DNA of 64,000 bases, taken from the NCBI GenBank assembly GCA_017477425.1, contig JAFUVT010000006.1, positions 2,161-66,160 of the forward strand, given 5' to 3'. The position numbers and the translations under genes are program-made. Below the pieces are notes generated by a model. It searched no databases and had not been told where the DNA came from. It saw only the letters and a list, made by a program, of their open reading frames with translations. Position 1 is the stretch's first letter. Each line of letters begins with the position of its first letter. The DNA is from Bacteroidales bacterium. Its GTDB lineage: Bacteria; Bacteroidota; Bacteroidia; Bacteroidales; F082. Shown here piece by piece: positions 8,939 to 15,093 of this stretch.

Positions 8939-9422
8939 AGTACAATTTATGGTATTCGTCGAATAATTTTTCTTCCTTTTTTAGATCTTTTTTTGTTAAA
9001 TCTGAATTAATCCTTTTATAATAGTCCAGAATGGTTATTGAATGATGATATATTTTCTTTGAATAGAAAATCCTGTTTTTCGACATAAGACATTCCACAT
9101 TGGAAATGTTATCTAGCAATGTATGTTCTTCTCCCTTTGTAAACAGCGATATCTTTTCCAATTTTTCAAACAATTCAGCTTCTTTTTCAATTGATAATTC
9201 CGTGATTTTCCTTGTCCTATAATGCTCGTTTTCCTTCTTGCCGTTACTTCTATCCAAGAAAAACTTCACTATTATCAAAAGAAGATTTATCAGAACTATA
9301 ACAAGAATCCATATAGAAGAACCTGTCCAACTGCTATTACTTACTTCATTTGATACCGAATCTGAATTCATAGAAGTAAATTGCTCAACGCCTATTTGTA
9401 TTAAAACCAGTAAATTGTTCAT
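8928..9422 (-). CDS. Single-pass membrane protein with a charged helical cytoplasmic tail, cassette A
   Basis: 164 aa. One TM helix (IWILVIVLINLLLIIVKFFL) followed by a K/E-rich helical region. 11-nt overlap with the downstream ATPase gene. No homology recognised. Confidence 0.5.
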   Translation of the reverse strand: MNNLLVLIQIGVEQFTSMNSDSVSNEVSNSSWTGSSIWILVIVLINLLLIIVKFFLDRSNGKKENEHYRTRKITELSIEKEAELFEKLEKISLFTKGEEHTLLDNISNVECLMSKNRIFYSKKIYHHSITILDYYKRINSDLTKKDLKKEEKLFDEYHKLYYGQ

Positions 9423-9618
9423 TGTTAATATTTTTGCATTATTTCGTTATTGTTTATGGTTTTTGAACCAAAAGTAGTCCATTTTTCCGTTTTCCCAAAA
9501 TTCCCAGTCGCACCTGCCAAGCGCAGGAGGACACAGAAGACTAGCCGTTAGCTCCCCATCCTTCTTCAAGGCTCCGCCCCGTTAATCACATTTCGTGGCG
9601 ACAAATGGCTGTTGATCA

Positions 9619-9690
9619 ATAAATTGATTCAGAATCCATTTTTTGGTCCTTTTTGGTCCTTTTGGTCTGAAACGTCTTCTGCAAATATAG
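9619..9690 (-). promoter_or_regulatory. Promoter-leader module A (TATATTTG -7 box plus conserved leader hairpin)
   Basis: The minus strand reads TATATTTGCAGAAGAC..TTCAGACC..GGACCAAAAAGGACCAAAAAATGGATTCTGAATCAATTTAT. The -7 box is the reverse complement of 9682..9689. The same module occurs at 12851..12920 and 14021..14090. Confidence 0.5.
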
Positions 9691-9742
9691 TAAAAAAACT
9701 GGGTCATAAACAAACAAATTATTGGTCGGTTTTTTGCTTTTC

Positions 9743-9806
9743 AAGCCGCCTCCCACAGATGCCCGCTCTCCCATGGGCCCACGTTGGCATGACATGGGAG
9801 GCTAAC
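9743..9806. repeat. 64-bp hairpin repeat element, copy a (type 1 centre)
   Basis: CAAGCCGCCTCCCACAGATGCCCGCTCTCCCATGGGCCCACGTTGGCATGACATGGGAGGCTAAC. The arms GCCTCCCA/TGGGAGGC and ATGCC/GGCAT can pair. Confidence 0.8.
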
Positions 9807-9856
9807 TGTCAGCCATCCGTTAATTCTTTGGACACAGCGCTTCTTAATGATAAACT

Positions 9857-10072
9857 TCATACCTTTGCGTATTCCTCATGGATGGCAGCGTGAACCATAG
9901 CACGTGCCTCTTCAATACTCATTGTCTCTTCATCTTCCATTCGCATTTGCTGCATACGGTGGTCAACAAGTTCCTGTGCCCATAGGCGAATGGCTGCCGT
10001 GGTGTCCAGCTCCGGGCGCATGTCCCGAAGCGCAGCCTCATCGACGTTTATACTTACCATGCACATAGTCAA
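9857..10072 (-). CDS. Hypothetical 71-aa acidic protein
   Basis: GC3-rich ORF. A TAACTTTG -7 box (reverse complement of 10093..10100) lies about 20 nt upstream of its ATG. No confident family assignment. Confidence 0.35.
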   Translation of the reverse strand: MTMCMVSINVDEAALRDMRPELDTTAAIRLWAQELVDHRMQQMRMEDEETMSIEEARAMVHAAIHEEYAKV

Positions 10073-10164
10073 ATCGATTTATGTTTGTTTTTGCAAAGTT
10101 ACTACTTTTCAATCTCATTCAGAGGAATCAAGGAATCAGGGGAAGATTCCTTTGTCCATTTTTT

Positions 10165-10229
10165 CAAGCCGCCTCCCATAGATGCCCGCTCTCACACAAG
10201 CCTGCATCGGCATGACATGGGAGGCTAAC
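10165..10229. repeat. 64-bp hairpin repeat element, copy b (type 2 centre)
   Basis: CAAGCCGCCTCCCATAGATGCCCGCTCTCACACAAGCCTGCATCGGCATGACATGGGAGGCTAAC. Ends 3 nt before the epimerase stop codon. Confidence 0.8.
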
Positions 10230-10232
10230 CGA

Positions 10233-11276
10233 TTAGGCCAAATAAAACTCCTTATACCACTCCGCGAACTTCCGCAAGCCCTCTCTCAACGTAATCTTCG
10301 GAGTAAATCCAAAATCCCTTTCCAATGCCGTGGCATCGGCGTATGTGGTAGGCACGTCGCCAGGCTGCATCGGGACGAGTTCCTTGTGCGCCTCGAAGTC
10401 GTAGTCTTGCGGCAATACGCCCGCACGAACCAATTCCTCTTGGAGGATGGTCACAAAATCCAACAGGTTCTCGGGCTGGCCGCCGCCGATGTTATATATC
10501 TTATATGGTGGAATCGGCAGACCATCCTCGCCCATCTTGCGTTCTGGGGCTTTGGCCATCACGCGTACAATGCCTTCAACGATGTCGTCAACGTAGGTGA
10601 AGTCGCGGCGGCAGTTGCCGTAGTTGTAGATCTGTATCTTCTCGCCTTTCACCAACTTGTTCGTGAAACCGAAATAGGCCATGTCGGGGCGACCCGCAGG
10701 ACCATAGACCGTGAAGAAACGCAAACCCGTGGTGGGAATGTCGTAAAGCTTGCTATAACAGTGCGCAAAGAGTTCGTTGCTCTTCTTGGTGGCGGCATAA
10801 AGGCTCACGGGATTGTCAACGCGGTCGTCAACCGAGAAAGGCACTTTCTTGTTGCCGCCATACACGCTGCTGGAACTGGCATAGACCAGATGCTGCACGG
10901 GATGATGACGGCAGGCTTCGAGGACGTTGTAGAAGCCAATGATGTTGCTCTCGATGTAAGCATCAGGATTCTCGATGCTGTAGCGCACACCAGCTTGGGC
11001 GGCGAGGTTCACCACGATGTCGAAGTGGTATTGCTCGAAGAGACTATCGATAAGGGCCTTGTCGGCAAGGTTGCCTTTGATGAACGTCCAATGGTTATCA
11101 ACATCCTTGGCGGTTTCTTCTATTTGCGCCAGCCGATATGCCTTCAGCCGCACATCGTAATAGTCGTTGATGCTATCAAGGCCGACGATATGAATGTCAT
11201 TTTCGGTCTTCAGCAATCGAAGTGCCAGATTGGCGCCGATGAAACCGGCGGCACCAGTGAGAAGTATATTTTTCAT
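10233..11276 (-). CDS. NAD-dependent nucleotide-sugar epimerase (UDP-glucuronate 4-epimerase-like, SDR family)
   Basis: MKNILLTGAAGFIGANLALRLL (GxxGxxG), YAATKKSNE (YxxxK), 347 aa. Resembles Cap1J/WbnF-type UDP-GlcA epimerases. Confidence 0.8.
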   Translation of the reverse strand: MKNILLTGAAGFIGANLALRLLKTENDIHIVGLDSINDYYDVRLKAYRLAQIEETAKDVDNHWTFIKGNLADKALIDSLFEQYHFDIVVNLAAQAGVRYSIENPDAYIESNIIGFYNVLEACRHHPVQHLVYASSSSVYGGNKKVPFSVDDRVDNPVSLYAATKKSNELFAHCYSKLYDIPTTGLRFFTVYGPAGRPDMAYFGFTNKLVKGEKIQIYNYGNCRRDFTYVDDIVEGIVRVMAKAPERKMGEDGLPIPPYKIYNIGGGQPENLLDFVTILQEELVRAGVLPQDYDFEAHKELVPMQPGDVPTTYADATALERDFGFTPKITLREGLRKFAEWYKEFYLA

Positions 11277-11326
11277 GCTTTGTTTTTGTTAAGAATCAAG
11301 AATCAGGGGTCGGTTCCTTGATCCGC

Positions 11327-11463
11327 TATCCGCCTCCCCCAGATACCCGCTCTCCCTCGGGCCCACGTTGGCATGACATGGGAGGCTAACTTCCAACTGA
11401 ACAACTGAACAACTCCCAACTAAAATACAGCTTCGCTCCGTCAGTCACATTCCGTGGTGACAA
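11327..11463. repeat. Composite repeat: hairpin element copy c + (CAACTGAA)2 + conserved leader block
   Basis: TATCCGCCTCCCCCAGATACCCGC...GGCATGACATGGGAGGCTAAC, then TTCCAACTGAACAACTGAACAACTCCCAACTAAAA, then CAGCTTCGCTCCGTCAGTCACATTCCGTGGTGACAA. Collinear with 13859..14006. Confidence 0.8.
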
Positions 11464-11651
11464 GGGTTTGGTATTTAATGAGTTATAAACTCTGTTCACA
11501 ACAAGGTATTGAAGATGAACTTTGTTCTTATCGTGCAAAGATAAGGATTTATTTTTTGAGAATTGAAAAAAATTACCAACACTCATGAGCGGGACAACCA
11601 GCTTCCGCAATTTCACAAAACATACGGTCAAAAACTTTCGCCATCAACCTA

Positions 11652-11942
11652 TCATGCAGTAACCCCATACTTGACAATATAATCTCTAAGACGCATAGCT
11701 TGTTGTTTGGTAATCATTGTAAATACCATATTATTCTTCAACTTGTCTACCCCCCACTCGTCAATAAGTCGGCCTATAGACACATTCAAGAAGACCGAAG
11801 GCAATGCGGTAACGTCTGACATGTCAACAATAACCTTATCAGAATCCTCCATTCCTTTCACAATCTGTGAATAAAACAAGTTGCCCGCTTCGGGTAGCAG
11901 TGTCGAGGAATCCATTATGTCCTTTAATACTATTGTACACAT
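11652..11942 (-). CDS. 96-aa STAS-like (DUF4325-like) protein, cassette B
   Basis: VDMSDV motif at residues 39-44 followed by Ser49, the same layout as 7707..7997. Lies downstream of the GHKL ATPase gene. AT-rich. Confidence 0.6.
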   Translation of the reverse strand: MCTIVLKDIMDSSTLLPEAGNLFYSQIVKGMEDSDKVIVDMSDVTALPSVFLNVSIGRLIDEWGVDKLKNNMVFTMITKQQAMRLRDYIVKYGVTA

Positions 11943-12026
11943 GTTTTTTATCTATTTAGTTAAAAAAATCAAATTCATCAATAATTTCCTCATCATCCAT
12001 TTGAGACAAGTCTATCTCATAATATA

Positions 12027-12839
12027 TTAGTGCCCAGGGAAAGACATCTCACAATAAAAGCCTTCAATAATTCCATCATGCTTGTAAACCAATCCGTTAT
12101 GGCTAAATATCCTTGCTTCCTTCGCTGGAGCTATGATAATACTTAATCCCATACCTTTGTTTCTATCCGTCGATTTCACCGTGAAATTATCTTCCAGAGC
12201 TTTAAGGATAGCATCTTTATCGTTTGTTATATCTTTGTCAAAATCACTTACAGATTGCGCAATTCCTATGCCAAAATCGGAAACTGCAACATGTAAAATG
12301 CTTGTTTCTTTGTCATATTGAATCAAAGAAAACGCATTCCCTTTAGCATGTGCATGATCAAAAACATTATAATAAGCTTCAACCAAACCAACAGAAACTA
12401 CACTTAAATCCTTGTTTGTAAAATATGTTCTTCTTAAGTATTCCTCTACTCGTTTTGCATATAAGTCTTTCTCGGGTTCTGTAATTCTCCACAAATTGAA
12501 AACGCTCTCATGAGTTGGTGCTTCTACATAATTCTTCCCTCCTCTCCAATATTCCGAAAACCCCAAATCCTTATATATATACTGAAAAACATCTTGGTTA
12601 TTCTTAGAAATAAACACATTCATTTTAAGGTCAATCAAAAAATGAATCAAGCAAGCAAGAGTAACCAAATGAAATGGTTTGATTTTATCAGGAGCGATAG
12701 CTGTATCAAAGTCAAATACAATGTCATGAGTTGATATGACACCACTATGGCAATTATACTCATTATGAACTTTTGTTATGGTCTCAAGCCAATAACTTCT
12801 TTCGGTATTTTGAAACACTATCTTCGTTTCTCTTTTCAT
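12027..12839 (-). CDS. GHKL (SpoIIAB/RsbW-like) ATPase with an N-terminal STAS-like region, cassette B
   Basis: N box LVEAYYNVFDHAHAKG, G1 VSDFGIGIAQSV, G2 DRNKGMGLSIIIA. The N-terminal IVFDFDTAIAPDKIKPFHLVTLACLIHFL is STAS-like. 270 aa. Confidence 0.65.
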   Translation of the reverse strand: MKRETKIVFQNTERSYWLETITKVHNEYNCHSGVISTHDIVFDFDTAIAPDKIKPFHLVTLACLIHFLIDLKMNVFISKNNQDVFQYIYKDLGFSEYWRGGKNYVEAPTHESVFNLWRITEPEKDLYAKRVEEYLRRTYFTNKDLSVVSVGLVEAYYNVFDHAHAKGNAFSLIQYDKETSILHVAVSDFGIGIAQSVSDFDKDITNDKDAILKALEDNFTVKSTDRNKGMGLSIIIAPAKEARIFSHNGLVYKHDGIIEGFYCEMSFPGH

Positions 12840-12850
12840 AGCATCACTAG

Positions 12851-12920
12851 ATAAGTTGACTCAGAATCCATTTTTGGTCCATTTTGGTCCATTTCATCTG
12901 AATTGTCTTCCGCAAATATA
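12851..12920 (-). promoter_or_regulatory. Promoter-leader module B
   Basis: The minus strand reads TATATTTGCGGAAGACAATTCAGATGAAATGGACCAAAATGGACCAAAAATGGATTCTGAGTCAACTTAT and ends 12 nt before the ATG at 12839. The -7 box is the reverse complement of 12913..12920. Confidence 0.5.
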
Positions 12921-12974
12921 GTGAGAAAAGCTGTGACACAAACAAATTTTTTGGGTGGTTTTTTTGTGTTTTCC

Positions 12975-13036
12975 TATCCGCCTCCCCTAGATGCCCGCTC
13001 TCACACAAGCCTACGTCGGCATGACACGGGAGGTTG
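12975..13036. repeat. 64-bp hairpin repeat element, copy d (type 2 centre)
   Basis: TATCCGCCTCCCCTAGATGCCCGCTCTCACACAAGCCTACGTCGGCATGACACGGGAGGTTGC. Confidence 0.8.
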
Positions 13037-13072
13037 CGGACAATGGTTCCAAGCAGCGGAATAGACTTGAAA

Positions 13073-13828
13073 CTAAATGTGTTCCTCCACGCCCCTGAAA
13101 TGCACATTCAACTCATGAAGATGCTCCAAAAGTGTTCCGAGCGAAGTGCCCTCGGTCATCTTGGCGAAGGCGTTCACGTCCTTCGGGAAGCACTTGCCAC
13201 CGTAGCCGTATTTGCCATCGGGACCAGGGACGTAGGTATGCGTGTCGTTGATATAGCCAGAGAGCAACACACCCGTGTGCACCTTGCGCCAGTCGGCACC
13301 CATCTGCTCGCAGTACTCACGGCAGGCGTTGAAATAAGTCACCTTGTAGGCGCCGAAGACGTTGTGCATGTACTTGGTCAGCTCGGCCTCCAACGGGGTC
13401 ATCACGGTGAACTTCTTGCCGACGAAGATCTTGGTGAGCAGCTCGTGGGCACCGGTGAAGACCATCGTCTGCTTCTTGAAGTCTTCGATGAAGGTGCGCT
13501 CGGTCAGGAACTCGGGCATGTAGCACACCTGATGATGGGTCTCCCGCGAAAGCATCTCGCTGGTGCCTGGAAGGATGGTGGTGCGCACAAACACGGGCAC
13601 GTCCGGAAGCTTGGTGATGAGCTCCTTCATCAGCGTCAAGTCCTGCGAACCGTCGTCCTCGGTGGGGACATGGATCTGCAGAAAAGCAATGTCGATATTA
13701 CTCAAGTCATCATTATACCCCTTGGGCGGGTCGCTGATGAACAGTTTGCACTCTGGGTTGTTGTGTTCCAACCAGTCCTTGAGGGCTCCGCCTACGAAGC
13801 CACATCCGATAATTCCAACGTTAATCAT
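13073..13828 (-). CDS. Short (251 aa) UDP-glucose/GDP-mannose dehydrogenase-family-like protein, copy 2
   Basis: Same length as 3615..4370 and differs at only about 15-20 residues. The DNA differs mostly at third codon positions, so both copies appear to be under purifying selection. Confidence 0.6.
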   Translation of the reverse strand: MINVGIIGCGFVGGALKDWLEHNNPECKLFISDPPKGYNDDLSNIDIAFLQIHVPTEDDGSQDLTLMKELITKLPDVPVFVRTTILPGTSEMLSRETHHQVCYMPEFLTERTFIEDFKKQTMVFTGAHELLTKIFVGKKFTVMTPLEAELTKYMHNVFGAYKVTYFNACREYCEQMGADWRKVHTGVLLSGYINDTHTYVPGPDGKYGYGGKCFPKDVNAFAKMTEGTSLGTLLEHLHELNVHFRGVEEHI

Positions 13829-13858
13829 ATTTTTATTAAATTGTTATTTTTCAAAATC

Positions 13859-14006
13859 CAAGCCGCCCCCCCCACAGATGCCCGCTCTCCCTCGGGCCGA
13901 GGCTGGCATGACATGGGAGGTTAACTTCCAACTGAACAACTGAACAACTGAACAACTCCCAACTAAAACACAGCTTCGCCAGGTCGGTCACATTCCATAA
14001 CGACAA
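13859..14006. repeat. Composite repeat: hairpin element copy e + (CAACTGAA)3 + conserved leader block
   Basis: Collinear with 11327..11463 but carries one extra octamer unit. Confidence 0.8.
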
Positions 14007-14020
14007 CTCCCTGTTTTCCA

Positions 14021-14090
14021 ATAAATTGATTCAGAATCCAACATAGGTTCTTATTGGCTTTATCTTTCTGAATACGTTCCCGCAAAAATA
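14021..14090 (-). promoter_or_regulatory. Promoter-leader module C
   Basis: The minus strand reads TATTTTTGCGGGAACGTATTCAGAAAG...GGATTCTGAATCAATTTAT (ATTCAGAA/TTCTGAAT stem). The -7 box is the reverse complement of 14083..14090. Confidence 0.45.
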
Positions 14091-14106
14091 GAAAAAAAAT
14101 AAATAC

Positions 14107-14685
14107 TCAACCTTCAGCCAACATTATCTTCCTCCATCTCAAATACCCAAACACGGCGATGACGACATAAACGGCATAAAGCGAGGCCTTGAAAGGGATG
14201 TCCTTGTAGAAATAGAGCCCGCAGGTGACCACATCCACCACGATCCAAACGAACCACTGCTCCAGGTATTTTCGTGCCAAGGCCCAGATGCCTACGACGC
14301 TCAAGGCGGTGGTGAAGGCGTCGAGGACGGGGACGTTGCTGTTGGTGAAACGCGACAGCAGGAAATAGATGGCTACCCATATCAAGGCCGCGAGGCCGAG
14401 CCAAATGAAGGCTTTCTTGCGGGGCATGTGACGGATGGGCAAGTCGGTGGCCTTCTGCTTGTGGCGCATCCAGGCAATGAAGCCGTAGACGGTCATGGCC
14501 AGGTAGTAGAACTCCATGCCACAATCAGCGTAAAGGCCTTTTTGATAATACAATACGATGCCGAGGCTTTGCATCACGAAGCCTACGACCCACATCCAGA
14601 CGCTGGCCTTGTATTCCAAAAGGATGTAGGCCAGGCCAAGGGCCGTGGTGGTGATGTCGAGCCAATGGGCGGAGAGGAAATCCAT
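14107..14685 (-). CDS. pnuC: Nicotinamide riboside/mononucleotide transporter PnuC
   Basis: 192 aa, about 7 TM segments. LGLAYILLEYKASVWMWVVGFVMQSLGIVLYYQKGLYAD is typical of PnuC. Confidence 0.8.
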   Translation of the reverse strand: MDFLSAHWLDITTTALGLAYILLEYKASVWMWVVGFVMQSLGIVLYYQKGLYADCGMEFYYLAMTVYGFIAWMRHKQKATDLPIRHMPRKKAFIWLGLAALIWVAIYFLLSRFTNSNVPVLDAFTTALSVVGIWALARKYLEQWFVWIVVDVVTCGLYFYKDIPFKASLYAVYVVIAVFGYLRWRKIMLAEG

Positions 14686-14725
14686 ATTAATGTTAATTGA
14701 GAATTGAGAATTTTTTAATTGACAA

Positions 14726-15073
14726 TTATTTGTCTTTTAGGGATTTGATGATTGAAGTAAGAATTTTTATTATTTCATTACAATCCTTTGCAAGAGAGTC
14801 ATACATTTGATTGTCCAAATAATCTGTGGCATGGAGAAGGTCAAGCCAATAATCGGTTTCATCAGCTTCTTTTAAGGCTATGCTCAACTTGCTGATAAAG
14901 TCGTTTCGAGATTGAGCGTTTTTGCTTTCACGTGTGTTTGCCCCTATACTTGTTCCACTGCGAACCAACTGTTTCGATAGGATATATTCGTGTTGCTCTT
15001 CAATCAAATACTTATAACAATTGATTATCTTTATTGCAAAATCCCTGCTTTTATCCTGTATCAAATTAGCCAT
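14726..15073 (-). CDS. Four-helix-bundle protein (23S rRNA intervening-sequence protein family)
   Basis: FAIKIINCYKYL...LSKQLVRSGTSIGANTRESKNAQSRNDFISKLSIALKEADETDYWLDLL is the family signature. The likely start is MANLIQ at 15073. Confidence 0.8.
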   Translation of the reverse strand: MANLIQDKSRDFAIKIINCYKYLIEEQHEYILSKQLVRSGTSIGANTRESKNAQSRNDFISKLSIALKEADETDYWLDLLHATDYLDNQMYDSLAKDCNEIIKILTSIIKSLKDK

Positions 15074-15093
15074 AATTCTCAATTCTTTAATTC

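Noticed and set aside
10182-11321. Long plus-strand ORFs running antisense to well-supported minus-strand genes, and the reverse. Examples: 10182..11321, 13034..13924, 17751..19169, 20653..21798, 25303..26331, 29016..30482, 33538..35127, 35475..36470, 36579..37583, 42245..43963, 49925..51280.
   Set aside because: Their translations are low-complexity and rich in V/A/G/H/D, with no recognisable motifs. Each one lies exactly opposite a gene with clear family signatures. Such shadow ORFs are expected when third codon positions are strongly G/C-biased.
11386-11631. ORFs spanning the repeat regions (11386..11631, 12847..13107, 9612..9893, 13563..13943, 53546..53770).
   Set aside because: They read through hairpin elements, octamer repeats or promoter boxes. 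They have no family resemblance and no plausible start context.
9743-13925. Integron attC sites or a gene-cassette array.
   Set aside because: The imperfect inverted-repeat structure and gene-framing positions are suggestive. However, the ends (GGCTAAC/GGTTAAC) fit the RYYYAAC/GTTRRRY core sites only loosely, the opposite end has no GTT core, and no intI integrase is in the window. I kept this as something to test under the hairpin-element finding, not as a call.
9612-14100. Possible CRISPR array, suggested by the repeated elements of about 64 bp.
   Set aside because: The copies are 0.4-1.6 kb apart with whole genes between them, and their centres are variable. There are no regularly spaced short spacers and no cas genes.
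9423-14106. Bacteroides-style invertible capsule promoters (Mpi/fin inverted repeats flanking a promoter).
   Set aside because: I found no pair of inverted repeats flanking any of the TAnnTTTG boxes. The repeated modules are all in direct orientation and point toward the downstream genes.
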